A stretch of DNA of 42,319 bases from Bradymonadales bacterium (GCA_007693605.1 REDG01000020.1:1-42319), one strand, 5' to 3'. Shown: positions 9,312-19,693, counted from the stretch's first letter. A program made the numbers and translations. The notes: generated by a model not told the origin, from the letters alone.

Positions 9312-9995
9312 ATGGAAAATAAATGCTTTTCAAAAAATTTGGTCGAGACACTTAAAAAGTTTCATGTTTTGCAACACCCCTTCTATCAGGCCTGGAATGA
9401 AGGAAAGCTTCCTATGAACGCACTTCAACTCTATGCGAAGCAGTATTCTCACCATGTCGACGCCTTTCCAAGATATGTCAGCGCGGCCCATTCTTCCTGC
9501 ACCGACTTCAAAGCCAGACAGATTTTACTAGAAAACTTGATTGATGAAGAAAGAGGAGAAGACAACCACCCAGAGCTTTGGAAACGATTCGCTGAGGGCT
9601 TGGGTGTGAAGCGAGAAGAGATCGCAAACGAAAAGCTTCTGCCTCGAACTCGGGAACTCATTGACGGCTTCTTTAAGAATTGTCGGAAGTCTGCGCCCGA
9701 AGCCATCGCCGCTCTATTCGCCTATGAGCACCAGATTCCTGAGGTCGCTGAGACCAAGATTCGAGGGCTTAAGGAGCATTACGACATCACAGACTCTAGA
9801 AGCTTGGAGTTCTTTGAGCTGCATCAGAAAGCGGACGAGTACCACACCGAGGCCATTTCCGAGATTCTTGACTCTTTCTCTCAAGCCGATCAGGAGAGGG
9901 CAGAGAAAGCTTCGCTTGAGATGGCGGAGAAGATCTGGAACTTTTTGTCAGGAATCTGCGAGGCTTCAGATATTCCTTGCCCTAGAGCAGCCTAA
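9312..9995 (+). CDS. CADD-family (CT610-like, PqqC fold) putative pABA synthase
   Basis: HPFYQAW, YAKQY..HV.AFPRY, ENL.DEE...HPELW, YEHQIP, KIRGL, FFELH...DEYH dimetal ligands. Confidence 0.9.
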   Translation: MENKCFSKNLVETLKKFHVLQHPFYQAWNEGKLPMNALQLYAKQYSHHVDAFPRYVSAAHSSCTDFKARQILLENLIDEERGEDNHPELWKRFAEGLGVKREEIANEKLLPRTRELIDGFFKNCRKSAPEAIAALFAYEHQIPEVAETKIRGLKEHYDITDSRSLEFFELHQKADEYHTEAISEILDSFSQADQERAEKASLEMAEKIWNFLSGICEASDIPCPRAA

Positions 9996-10095
9996 GACTT
10001 TCGAGAGGAAGTTCGGACTACCAGAACCAAAATGAGGAATGGCACGGCTGACGACGCTTTGCCGTCCTAGATCTGGTCAGCCAAACAGACCGAGT

Positions 10096-10890
10096 TTATC
10101 GAATTTCTTTGCTGTTGATTTGAAGATAGCGAGATAACTTTGAGACCAGAAAATACAGTGGCAAGGTGTCGAGAAGAGCCGTCACCAACTTAAAGGAATA
10201 ATTGCTAGCCACCAGTAGGAGCATGGTTTTAAGACTCTGATCTCCCCTCAGATAACTCGCTCCAAAGGTAATCCCAATCACCATGATGCTATCCACCAGT
10301 TGAGAAATCACTGTGCTGGCATTGTTCCGGAGCCAAAGATGCTTACCCTTGGTCACTCGTTTCCAAAAGTGAAAGAGAGCGACATCACAAAACTGAGCTG
10401 TGACATAGGCCACCATTGAAGCCAATACGGCCCCTGTCGTGCAGGCGTAGATAAAAAAGAAGAGTTCAGGCTCGGTGCCAGAAAACTCTCCACTGGGTAG
10501 GGGTAGCGACTCCCTTAAACTCAAAACCTGCCAGGGCGCTTGAAGGTCTTCTGAAACAGAGGGCAGGCTTTGCGCGAGCCAAATCACCCCCAGAACGAAG
10601 AGATTCAGACCCAGGCCAACCCAAACGACGAAGTTAGCCCTCTTTCGACCGTAGAGCTCGCTAATCAAATCGGTGCAAAGAAAGGTCAGGGGGTAAGGAA
10701 GAACGCCCACGGCCAGGGCAAGGGGCCCCAACTGTACGAACTTCGTAATCCCAATGATATTGAGCATCGTCATGGCTGAAAAGAAAACGCCCGCCAAGAC
10801 GATGAAGACTCTTATTCGTCTTTCCTGCAAAAGCTCTGAAGATGGGGCTGTCGAGTGATGCGTTGCCAAAAACTCTTCAATAACTAGCAC
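10096..10890 (-). CDS. Queuosine precursor transporter (YhhQ/Vut_1 family)
   Basis: YPLTFLCTDLISELYG, AQFCDV.LFH, HLWLRNNAST.ISQLVDS motifs. Confidence 0.9.
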   Translation of the reverse strand: MLVIEEFLATHHSTAPSSELLQERRIRVFIVLAGVFFSAMTMLNIIGITKFVQLGPLALAVGVLPYPLTFLCTDLISELYGRKRANFVVWVGLGLNLFVLGVIWLAQSLPSVSEDLQAPWQVLSLRESLPLPSGEFSGTEPELFFFIYACTTGAVLASMVAYVTAQFCDVALFHFWKRVTKGKHLWLRNNASTVISQLVDSIMVIGITFGASYLRGDQSLKTMLLLVASNYSFKLVTALLDTLPLYFLVSKLSRYLQINSKEIR

Positions 10891-10959
10891 CGACGACTGA
10901 GTTTTGCCCAGAAAATACTGCTTCGGCCTCGCCCCAGTTTGCCTTAGACTAAGAGGGCT

Positions 10960-12504
10960 ATGAAACAGTCCCTCTATTCTCTGCTTTTCTTCTCAAGCTT
11001 CCTATTGATGCCTGGCTCTAGCGACGGTTCCGACCGAAGCGGAGAAGCCTTAGATGCTCGGAAAGGCGGCTTTCGAATTCTCTCTGCCGGGGATCTGGAA
11101 CAGGGGGCTTACTCTTTTCGAAGCTCTCTGCAGTTTTCTAGCACCTCAAACGCCTTGAAAGACGGAAGAAGCAACGAAGTCATGAGCGCGACTATCGCGG
11201 CTGGCTACGACATATTGCCCTTTCTGCATCTGGCCGCCCACGGAGGGCCCGCTTATGCGACTCAAACTTTAGGAGGCTTTGTGCAGAACTTCACCTTCGC
11301 TCGTTTTGGGGCAGCCGTCACAGGCATGGATGACATCGGCGAGAGAATTTTAGGTCGCAGCGGTTTTTGGTTCGGAGGCGCAAGCCTCTCGGTTGATTTT
11401 TCGAAAATCACTCGGTTTTTTAAGGGCCTGGCCGTTCACCCCCAGCTCATCACCAGTTTTGACTTTACAGAGACCTATCAAATCCCCTTGCTGGTTCACG
11501 GCAACCTCGGCTTTCGAACTAAAGACTCTGGCCGCTTCTTCGACAGTTCGCGAGACATCTCTGACTTTGACCGATTTGCCACCCGCTCTCTCAATGCCAA
11601 TGCCATCACCGCTGGTTTAGGCTTCGAAGCGCCTCTGGGCTTTGTGAGACCGGTTTTGGAGTTCAACCTTGAGTATGTTTCGAAGGTGGGGCTTTCTCGA
11701 AGCCCCAAATGGCTGACGGTGGGCGCAAAGAGCCGCCCACTCCCCCACAAAAACATTGAAGTCTTTGCGGCGACAGACCTGAATCTCAGCAGTTTTCGGG
11801 CCACTCCCGCGGACGAGATTCCTGTCGTCTATCGAGTTCCGACCTGGAACTTGATTCTCGGCTTCGGGCTTTCTCAGTTTGGAAAGCGCGAAGGAGAAAT
11901 CAATGTGGACGCTCAAACCTATCGCCTTCTACAGGAGAACCTCGATTCCAGAGAGAAGACCTTGGCTCAACTTCGAAGGGACCTTTCTTACAATACCATT
12001 CAAGGCCAAGTCCTCAATGCAGAGACGAAACGGCCCATGCAAAATGTCGTGGTGAGTTTTCCGGATCTCGACTCCATTCAACCCAGTCAGACCGACTCGA
12101 ACGGAGAGTTCTTGCGCTACTTTCCTCGCTTCTCAGGAAGAATCCAATTCTCTGCCAGCGGTTTTGAGACGGCCACTCAATTCTATAATTTGCAGCCTGG
12201 AGAAGCGATCACGGCCAATGTTGAACTCAGGCCCGCAACAGCGGTTAACCAGGGAGATCTTGTGGTCACCATTACGAACGAAGCCGGTGAAGCTCTAGAA
12301 GCTCAAGTGCTGATTAGAGAGTTGAACCGAGGAGAAGAAACCAGATTGACGACCGACCGAACGGGTCGAGTGAGCGTTAAACTCGCACAAGGAGATTACC
12401 GAATCACGATCACGGCTTCGGGCTACCAACGGCTGCAGGATCGCTTTCGCTTGGATGCGGGTCGAGCCGTGCTACGGACCTACAGTCTCCAAACCATCGA
12501 GTGA
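10960..12504 (+). CDS. Secreted/outer-membrane protein: putative N-terminal beta-barrel, short coiled coil, two carboxypeptidase-regulatory-like domains
   Basis: Signal peptide; alternating beta strands; IQGQVLNAETKRPM...TDSNGEF...SASGF and TTDRTG...GDYRITITASGY. Confidence 0.65.
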   Translation: MKQSLYSLLFFSSFLLMPGSSDGSDRSGEALDARKGGFRILSAGDLEQGAYSFRSSLQFSSTSNALKDGRSNEVMSATIAAGYDILPFLHLAAHGGPAYATQTLGGFVQNFTFARFGAAVTGMDDIGERILGRSGFWFGGASLSVDFSKITRFFKGLAVHPQLITSFDFTETYQIPLLVHGNLGFRTKDSGRFFDSSRDISDFDRFATRSLNANAITAGLGFEAPLGFVRPVLEFNLEYVSKVGLSRSPKWLTVGAKSRPLPHKNIEVFAATDLNLSSFRATPADEIPVVYRVPTWNLILGFGLSQFGKREGEINVDAQTYRLLQENLDSREKTLAQLRRDLSYNTIQGQVLNAETKRPMQNVVVSFPDLDSIQPSQTDSNGEFLRYFPRFSGRIQFSASGFETATQFYNLQPGEAITANVELRPATAVNQGDLVVTITNEAGEALEAQVLIRELNRGEETRLTTDRTGRVSVKLAQGDYRITITASGYQRLQDRFRLDAGRAVLRTYSLQTIE

Positions 12505-13923
12505 CAAAGTCGTCCACCTTAGAATCAGTGGAAGCCAGAGACTAGAAAAGACGGCCACTACCAGAGAGAAGAAAAGATTGAGAGCCAATCCGGCTTTTGC
12601 CATTTCTTTGATCTTGAGTTTGCCCAATGAAAACACCACGGCATTGGGGGGTGTGGCGATCGGAAGCATGAAGGCAAAGGAGCAGGCCAATACGGTCGCC
12701 ATCAACAGAGCCGCCACATCCAAGTCAAAATAGCTCCCCAACCCCGCAACGAGCGGAACCAAAAGGGCCGCAATGGCCGTATTTGAAGTCACCTCAGTCA
12801 TGAAGATCGCTAAAAGGCAAACGCCCCAAATCACAAAGAAGCTTGGAAATTGATTCAAAAACTTCAACTGAAGAGCGATCCATTCAGCAAGACCGGTTTC
12901 TTGCACAGCAAACGAAAGCGCCAAACCCCCTCCAAACAAAATCAAAATTCCCCAAGACACTCTTTGAAGGTCAGGCGCCTCTAGCAGTCGCTCCGAAGAT
13001 TTACCGCTCGGAATCAGAAAGAGCAGGCAAGCCGCCGACAAGGCCACCATCTCATCGGTTAAGCCTTGAATGCCAAATTGCTGTGAAAGAGGAGCCCTAA
13101 AAATCCAAAGAAAAACAGCCGACAAGAACACAATCAGAGTTCGTCTTTGAGCTTGATCGAGACTCCAAGAACTGAACTTTGGAATCTCTAAAGACTCGCT
13201 TCGATCAAATCGACAGGCCACCCGACTCAAATACAGCCACACCACGATGAGAGAGCCCAGGCTCAAAGGAAGGGCGAAGAGCATCCACTGAAGAAAGGAG
13301 ATTGAAATGCCATTCTCAGCCAAATAGCCTACCAAGATCGCGTTCGGAGGACTTCCGATAATGGTTGCCACCCCTCCGACCGAAGCCGCATAGGCCACTC
13401 CCAGCAAGAGGGCTCGAGAATATGCGGGGTCTTCCTTCGCCTGCCATCGAAGTACAGAAAGCACGAGCGGCAAGGCGATCACGGCACTCGCCGTATTGGA
13501 GATCCAGGCCGACATAAAGGCGGTGGCCGTCATCATGGCCAGCAAAACGGCCGACTTCTTCGATCCGAAGGCTCTTAGAATCGCTTGAGCAAAGAGTTGA
13601 TGAAGCCCACACTTTTCAATTGCGGCCGATAACAAGAATCCCCCCAAGAACAAGGCAATCACCGGTGAAGAGTAGCGAGACAAGAGGGCAGCAAACTCAA
13701 GAGAGCTCAGAATCGGAAGAACTAAGGCCGGAAGAAGTGCGGTGACAAAAAGGGGGACAATTTCAAATATCCACCAAAGCAGCATCCACCACAAAAGACC
13801 CAAGACGACTTGAGCTTCAGGGCCCAAATCCGTTGCCAGACTTATCCGAAGAGAGAGAAAAAATCCGACAGGGCCCAAAAGCCCTGCCCACAATCTAAGT
13901 GATCGTATGTCTAATCTAACCAC
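12472..13923 (-). CDS. SLC13/DASS family Na+-coupled anion symporter
   Basis: SAWISNTA, IIGSPPN, TEVTSNTA, FMLPIATPPNA motifs. Confidence 0.94.
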   Translation of the reverse strand: MVRLDIRSLRLWAGLLGPVGFFLSLRISLATDLGPEAQVVLGLLWWMLLWWIFEIVPLFVTALLPALVLPILSSLEFAALLSRYSSPVIALFLGGFLLSAAIEKCGLHQLFAQAILRAFGSKKSAVLLAMMTATAFMSAWISNTASAVIALPLVLSVLRWQAKEDPAYSRALLLGVAYAASVGGVATIIGSPPNAILVGYLAENGISISFLQWMLFALPLSLGSLIVVWLYLSRVACRFDRSESLEIPKFSSWSLDQAQRRTLIVFLSAVFLWIFRAPLSQQFGIQGLTDEMVALSAACLLFLIPSGKSSERLLEAPDLQRVSWGILILFGGGLALSFAVQETGLAEWIALQLKFLNQFPSFFVIWGVCLLAIFMTEVTSNTAIAALLVPLVAGLGSYFDLDVAALLMATVLACSFAFMLPIATPPNAVVFSLGKLKIKEMAKAGLALNLFFSLVVAVFSSLWLPLILRWTTLSLDGLETVGP

Positions 13924-14576
13924 ATGCGAACGCCATAGCCGCGACTAGGTTGCCGTTCTTCTGCAAAGCTCGACTCTTTAGAACGAACATCCAGAGCGAG
14001 CTGAATCTCTTTCTCACGGGCTTCCAAATCAGCAATCCTCTGACTCTGCTCATCAATCGAGAGCTCTAAGATCGCTACACTCTCTGTCAGCCAGTCTGAA
14101 AGCTCTGAAGAGGTCGTTGCCAATAAAAATCTCTCATAATCCTGAAAGCTTAAGAGAAAGCCACCCACACTCACGGGGTCTTCGCGCCAAACAAGATCGC
14201 CCTCGAAAGTCATTCGCTGATATGACCTGGACTGATAGGATTTAGAGAATCGAGCTAAGGCCTGAAGTCTTAGCCGAAGACTCTCCTCAGAAAAATCACC
14301 GGAATCAATCAAAGCCTCCAAATCTTCAAGTCTCTCTAGGCGGGCCTCCAGATCGCCTAGCCTTGAAAGCTCTTCATCGAGCTGACCCTCAACATTAGAC
14401 AGGGCGTGTTGCAGAAAAATCATATCCTCAGGAGTCAGTTCCACTCCTTCGGCCAGAAGATTCTCCAGCGAGAAGTTTGCCTCCGAGCTAGGCTCTTGGT
14501 CTGCCCACAGCCTCTTCTCAGCACTCAAAAGAAAAGAAGCGACAATCGTCAATGCAATAAGCCTAGTAAGTAACAT
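13911..14576 (-). CDS. Hypothetical secreted acidic coiled-coil protein
   Basis: Signal peptide, heptad L/E-rich helices, GAAGGGAGA SD before the ATG at 14576. Confidence 0.6.
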   Translation of the reverse strand: MLLTRLIALTIVASFLLSAEKRLWADQEPSSEANFSLENLLAEGVELTPEDMIFLQHALSNVEGQLDEELSRLGDLEARLERLEDLEALIDSGDFSEESLRLRLQALARFSKSYQSRSYQRMTFEGDLVWREDPVSVGGFLLSFQDYERFLLATTSSELSDWLTESVAILELSIDEQSQRIADLEAREKEIQLALDVRSKESSFAEERQPSRGYGVRMWLD

Positions 14577-14726
14577 GGAATCTCCCTTCACCAAATTGAT
14601 CACGACAAACCCTGACTCAAACTGACCCCCCTTCTAACGGAATTTTGAAAAAGACTCAAGCCACCCCAAAATATTTCAGAATTTTTCAGCACTTGGGCCG
14701 TTGGGGCATCATTGGCTCGGCAATCT

Positions 14727-15581
14727 CTAAGCGGATTCTCCGTTTCCGCTGGGTTTTGAGGGGTTCTGAGGCTTGTTCCGCTGCCGTCGGTACTCCACAC
14801 TTCCCATCCTGCGACTGGGCTGAGGATAAAGCTCCAAAAGATCATGAACCAAGTCGGGCAGATCAGAACTCACCTTCAGGCCAAGGGATTTCGCTTCTTC
14901 AAAGCTAATGGGGTGGTCATGCGTCCACCTTCCCTCACTCAAGACTCGGCTCAGCTCTTCAGCCCTTTCAGGAAGGCTTTTCTTCAAGAGAGATTCCAGT
15001 TGAAAGCGAATCTGTACCAAAGCCTTTTCTGAAATGTCGGCGTAAATGAGCATCTGATCTCCAATTTTTGCACGAGGCTTCTGATACAAAAGCCGTACTA
15101 AAGAGGCTGCCGGATACCCTCCAATCTGGGGATCGATCGGCCCCAGCACCGCGGCTGCATCCATCAGGATTTCATCCGCAGCAATCGCGAGCATGCTTCC
15201 GCCCGACATCGCATAGTGAGGGATCAGAACTCGAACCCGAGAGGGATGCCTCTGCAAAGCTTTCGAAATCTGAAGCGAGGCAAGGACTAGACCTCCGGGA
15301 GTGTGAAGAATCAAATCAATTGGCCGCTCAGAATCTGTTTGTCGAATGGCTCTCAAAATCTGTTCGGAGTCTTCAATGCTAATGTACTTAAAAAATGGCA
15401 GGCCTAAAAAACTCAAAGCTTCTTGCCGATGCACCAAGGTGATGACACGAGACCCGCTTTCTTTCTCGATTCGAGCCATTAACTTCTTTCTTGCCCGAGC
15501 CAGAAGCCTTTGCTGCAGAACCGGAATCAAAAAGATTAAGAGAAAGAGAACCCAAATCCATGCCATTCCATCACTCATCAT
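14727..15581 (-). CDS. SDH-family Clp-fold serine protease
   Basis: LHTPGG, AMSGGS, GPIDPQ, WTHDHPI (Ser-Asp-His order) and an N-terminal TM segment. Confidence 0.92.
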   Translation of the reverse strand: MMSDGMAWIWVLFLLIFLIPVLQQRLLARARKKLMARIEKESGSRVITLVHRQEALSFLGLPFFKYISIEDSEQILRAIRQTDSERPIDLILHTPGGLVLASLQISKALQRHPSRVRVLIPHYAMSGGSMLAIAADEILMDAAAVLGPIDPQIGGYPAASLVRLLYQKPRAKIGDQMLIYADISEKALVQIRFQLESLLKKSLPERAEELSRVLSEGRWTHDHPISFEEAKSLGLKVSSDLPDLVHDLLELYPQPSRRMGSVEYRRQRNKPQNPSKPSGNGESA

Positions 15582-16588
15582 CGCCTCAAATCCGTTCGTA
15601 GAAACATCCTTCTTGGTCTTGCAAAGAACTCCTGCACCACGACTGTTAGGTCTTGCAAAGCCTTGGCCGCTCGCACCTTAGTGTAGAGAATGTGACCAAA
15701 CTCCAACCAAACGGAGCTGTGGTACACTAAAAACTTAAACTTTCGTAAAGACTGTGACTCATCAGGATAGAGCCTCAAAAGTTCTAGAACTCTCAACAAA
15801 AACTTTTGGTAGTCCCTCAATTCACACGAAGTCTCCGCCCGAAACAACCAGGGTTTTGCCAAGACGGCTCTGCCGACCATCACTCGATCACAGCCAGTTT
15901 GTCGAAACATCTCTTGAACATCTTCTAAGCACTGTATGTCTCCATTTCCAATGACAGGTATCTTCAAGTTCTCTTTCACGAGACGGATTTGAGACCAATC
16001 CGCGACCCCTCGCCTTTTCTGGTCGGCCGTTCGAGGGTGAAGACAGATCCAAGCGGCTCCTTCATTCTCTAAAGCCTTGGTGAAAGATAAGAGGTAGTTC
16101 GCATCCTTTTGAAATCCGGCTCGAAGCTTGACCGAGACCGGCAACTTCGTCGCTCTCACCGCCATCGCCAAGACTCGGGCGGCATAACGGATATCGCCCA
16201 TCAAAGAAACGCCATAGTTGTGCTGTAATGCTTTTCGAACGGAACATCCCATATTCATATCAATCGCAGCGGCCCCCCAAGACTCCAACTTTTCAATAGA
16301 GGCACGAATCAAATTTTCATCGTTTCCTAGGAGTTGAGGGCAAAGCCCTTGATCTCGATCATTAAAGTATAACTCGGGCTTTTGAGCCTCCCTTTCGTAA
16401 GGAAGCCGTCGAGAAGAAAGCATCTCTGTATACCAAAGGGCCTTGACCCCCTCTGGCAGGAATTCAGACAAGGCCTTTCGAACAGCGTAGTGAGACAGCC
16501 CCACCATTGGGGCCAAGAGCAGTCTAGAAGAGCAAAGCCGATCTAAGCTGGTTTCTAGCAGAGGCTGTGGCTGGGCCTGTTCCAACAA
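15578..16588 (-). CDS. tRNA-dihydrouridine synthase family protein
   Basis: LAPMVG, IDMNMGC, VSVKLRAG, LHPRT, GNGDI, VMVGR motifs. Confidence 0.92.
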   Translation of the reverse strand: MLEQAQPQPLLETSLDRLCSSRLLLAPMVGLSHYAVRKALSEFLPEGVKALWYTEMLSSRRLPYEREAQKPELYFNDRDQGLCPQLLGNDENLIRASIEKLESWGAAAIDMNMGCSVRKALQHNYGVSLMGDIRYAARVLAMAVRATKLPVSVKLRAGFQKDANYLLSFTKALENEGAAWICLHPRTADQKRRGVADWSQIRLVKENLKIPVIGNGDIQCLEDVQEMFRQTGCDRVMVGRAVLAKPWLFRAETSCELRDYQKFLLRVLELLRLYPDESQSLRKFKFLVYHSSVWLEFGHILYTKVRAAKALQDLTVVVQEFFARPRRMFLRTDLRR

Positions 16589-16616
16589 GAAACTAGACTA
16601 CTCAGCCGGAGCCCTC

Positions 16617-17876
16617 TTAACAAACCAAACATCCTCTCTGATTCAGGATCTGAAGACTTCGAGTTGAATTGGTTAACTGAATTCCCTCTGCACGAACGGG
16701 CTCATAGATGGCCTGCAACCAGATGCTGGCATCCACTTCCATCTGAGCGAGAGTCGTCTGAATCGATCCGCCAGAACCCATCAGGTCGGCAATCTGAAAG
16801 CCAATATCGGTAAAGTGACGAGAAGCCCCGCCAATCTCTGAGAGGTTTTTATGAAGTCCCATAAAGCTCAGATCGAGACTTTGAGCGTAAGCCAAGACCG
16901 GATCTCGTTGAAGCTCAAGCTGGCCCACTTTGCCGATTGAGTCAAAATAAGACAGGCTTTGATAAACTTCGCCCCAGAAATTCATAAGGCTCCGAAAATT
17001 CTTATCTCTAAGGTCTCTGAGGGCTCCCACCCGATGCTCTCGCTCCATCGACTTAACCCGAGCTTCCAACTCATCGAAGGCCCTCTCGAAAAAATAGAAC
17101 TGGAAGGGGTGCGGCACGGGTAAATCAAGCTGAGCTGGATTGTATTGAATCCCCAATCTTCCACTCAAATCTTCAGCCAGAAAATCAATGGCATCGATGA
17201 CCTTCCGTTCGATTTCTCTAGCCATCTCCGCCCTTTCTTGAAGAAGGCTGGCCGATTCCGTTGCAAAATCAATTGCCCCCAGGGGGCTAAGATTCTCCCA
17301 TCCTGGTCGTAGCGGAGCTACAAACTGAGGGGCCTCAAGAGGTGGGCCCATGAGCCTCAACCAATCCTGAGGAGAGTTAACCAGGTAAGCCCATGTCACC
17401 GCTTTGAGGGTTCGAATCAGAATTTCGTTTTGCGCTCGAAGTCGAGTAATGTCTGTGTCCTTCAGGGGATCTTTGCGCGCTTGGTAAAAGGATGCCAGTT
17501 GAGCAAGATAGTTTAGGACTCCCAACTGAAAACTCTGAACCACCCGATAGTGAGGCCGATTGTCATTGTCATAGACTAGCAAGTAGTGGCCCTGCTCTCT
17601 CGAGTAGGCCCTTAATGTCTCCCCTAAACGATCGGCAATCCAACCGGCGCGCTCCGACTGTTCAAACGCCGTATTTCCTGGATTCTGTTGATAGGCTCGA
17701 GATAGTTTCTTGAGTTCTACTTGCAGAACCCCCAGGGCATCAACGGTCTGAGAACCAAATTGAAGATGCTGCTTCACTTCCTGTAAGTTTGAGTCCGCCA
17801 TCGAGCGACTTGGACTGCCAAGGCCCCCGAGCAGACTAAGAACTAGAACGAAGAAAAATAGAGATCGCATACTCAC
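16617..17876 (-). CDS. Hypothetical secreted helical protein
   Basis: 419-aa ORF with signal peptide and SD; ends GCLVC; no recognised domain. Confidence 0.7.
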   Translation of the reverse strand: MSMRSLFFFVLVLSLLGGLGSPSRSMADSNLQEVKQHLQFGSQTVDALGVLQVELKKLSRAYQQNPGNTAFEQSERAGWIADRLGETLRAYSREQGHYLLVYDNDNRPHYRVVQSFQLGVLNYLAQLASFYQARKDPLKDTDITRLRAQNEILIRTLKAVTWAYLVNSPQDWLRLMGPPLEAPQFVAPLRPGWENLSPLGAIDFATESASLLQERAEMAREIERKVIDAIDFLAEDLSGRLGIQYNPAQLDLPVPHPFQFYFFERAFDELEARVKSMEREHRVGALRDLRDKNFRSLMNFWGEVYQSLSYFDSIGKVGQLELQRDPVLAYAQSLDLSFMGLHKNLSEIGGASRHFTDIGFQIADLMGSGGSIQTTLAQMEVDASIWLQAIYEPVRAEGIQLTNSTRSLQILNQRGCLVC

Positions 17877-17946
17877 TTACCCCTTTCACAACTTTGTTAA
17901 CGGGCCTTAGAATGACGACTCGGTCTCTAAGTGCCTGCCCCAACTA

Positions 17947-17963
17947 AGCAAGAGCTGTGCCAA
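17947..17963 (-). promoter_or_regulatory. Sigma-54 (-24/-12) promoter
   Basis: The minus strand reads TTGGCACAGCTCTTGCT, matching TGGCAC-N5-TTGC, about 70 bp upstream of 17876. Confidence 0.75.
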
Positions 17964-18155
17964 GACTTAAAAGCGAGAAGCCCGCCGAGAGATTTCTGCC
18001 TAAAGCCCTGTTTTCACGAAATCTTTCTGGCTTCAGCTCTCTAGGAGCTCAAATGCTCACTTTGGATTCTCTGCGACAACTATGACCCAGCACTGAGACA
18101 GGCTTGTCGCAGATCACCTGGATTTTCAGCTCGAAATCGGCTCTGATAAAGCCCA

Positions 18156-19580
18156 ATGAGATCGACGCGAAAGACTCCAATCAGCTCAAGCCTTTGCAAA
18201 AGGCCTTTCAAAGGAAGCCTAGGCGCCTGGAAAGTCGGAGTCTCTGCGCCCTCTGGCCTCGTTCTTGTCCTATTTTGTCTTTGTTTTCATCTGCTGAGCT
18301 TTCGGGTTGAGGCCCAACTCAACCTTCAGATCATGGGCCAACCCAAGGACATCGAGATTGACGAGTGGCCCTACGCTGTCATCCGAATTGAGGAGATTCG
18401 TGTCATCGGGAATGAGCGCACCACCAGAGAAGAGGTCCTTCGAATTGCCAACCTTCAGGAGGGCGACGAACTGGGTCGGGATCGTAGCTTCGAAGCCAAA
18501 CGACGCCTTCTTTCGGCGGGCATTTTTGAGGAAGTCTATTTGAGAGTGCAGTATGGAAGCGGTCAGGGCTTCTCTCGAATCGAGATTGAGGTCAAAGAAA
18601 AGACCACCTGGTTTGTTGTGCCCTTTTTCAGTGTGTCACAAGGAAGCCTCGGCGGAGGCTTGGCTTTTGGGGAATCCAATTTGTTTGGCTCCTCGAAGCA
18701 AATTCTGGTTGGAGGGGCCTATTCCAATCGAAGAAAGGCTGCGGTCTTGGGCTATCGCGATCCGAGCGTTCTTCGAAGCATTGCAACGATTGATCTCGAT
18801 CTGATTGTTCGAGAGGAGGACATCCCGGAATATCGAGGCGGAAACCGAATTCGAGATGTTCGAATCTTTGAGTATGGGGGCAACCTCCTTCCGGGTGTTC
18901 AGTGGACGACTCACTTTCAAACCTCTGCCGGAGTCTATTTTCGTCGGGTACAACAGACTCAAAAATTTCAAGAAGATGGGATCTCTGATCTTCTGGCAGA
19001 AAAGCTAAAGGGAGGCACAGATTTGGCCGGAATGATTCGGTTTCGATTCGACAATTCTGACTATGTCGACGGATTGATGAGTGGAATCTTTACAGAGCTC
19101 GAAGTCGCCCTGTCTGATCAGAGGTTCTGGAGTGACTTTGATTATTCTCGCCAAAGCATTCGATTTAACTGGGGGAATCGCTTTGGAGAGACCTCCTCTT
19201 TCGGCTTGCTCGCAAAATTTGTAGCACAGTTTGGACAGCGGCTCCCCTTTTACCGACAGTTGTCGGCGGGAGGCCAAAACTTTCGAGGCTATCGCCCCAA
19301 TGAGTTTCGCGGAGATACTCGCTACGCTCTGACGACCGAGCTTCAGTTTCCTTTGCGACGCTTTAATCGATTCATCGTCAGGGGGATCGGATTTTGGGAT
19401 GTCGGCACTCTCTATTTTGAAGACGATGGTTTTTCGATCACGAAACTAAAGAATGGTCTGGGTCTGGGACTTCGACTGTACTTTCGAGGCATCGATATCC
19501 CCGCCCTCGGCTACGATTTCGCCTACGGCGCCAACCAGAATCAGTTTCAGCATTATCTCAGTATTGGGGCCTCCTTCTAG
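18156..19580 (+). CDS. Omp85/BamA-TamA family outer-membrane protein with one POTRA domain
   Basis: POTRA (IRVIGNERT...GIFEEV...VKEK), barrel with GESNLFG and FRGY, C-terminal Phe. Start uncertain. Confidence 0.88.
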   Translation: MRSTRKTPISSSLCKRPFKGSLGAWKVGVSAPSGLVLVLFCLCFHLLSFRVEAQLNLQIMGQPKDIEIDEWPYAVIRIEEIRVIGNERTTREEVLRIANLQEGDELGRDRSFEAKRRLLSAGIFEEVYLRVQYGSGQGFSRIEIEVKEKTTWFVVPFFSVSQGSLGGGLAFGESNLFGSSKQILVGGAYSNRRKAAVLGYRDPSVLRSIATIDLDLIVREEDIPEYRGGNRIRDVRIFEYGGNLLPGVQWTTHFQTSAGVYFRRVQQTQKFQEDGISDLLAEKLKGGTDLAGMIRFRFDNSDYVDGLMSGIFTELEVALSDQRFWSDFDYSRQSIRFNWGNRFGETSSFGLLAKFVAQFGQRLPFYRQLSAGGQNFRGYRPNEFRGDTRYALTTELQFPLRRFNRFIVRGIGFWDVGTLYFEDDGFSITKLKNGLGLGLRLYFRGIDIPALGYDFAYGANQNQFQHYLSIGASF

Positions 19581-19693
19581 TGGTCCATCTGCTTTATGGG
19601 CCTATAGGCCTTCAAAACTTAGGCGGCCCTTAGGCGAGTTTTGACGAAAGCTTAATTGTTGCTAACTCATCAAGACGCCTAGTCTTAAAGGAG

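Noticed and set aside
9312..9995. pqqC or tenA assignment
   Set aside because: No other pqq or thiamine genes nearby; the motifs match the CADD/CT610 subfamily better.
10040..10056. TGGCACG sigma-54-like -24 element
   Set aside because: It lacks GC at the -12 position and lies between convergent genes.
10891..10959. preQ1 riboswitch upstream of the queuosine precursor transporter
   Set aside because: The gap is only 69 bp and divergent; I see no preQ1-like stem-loop with an A-rich tail.
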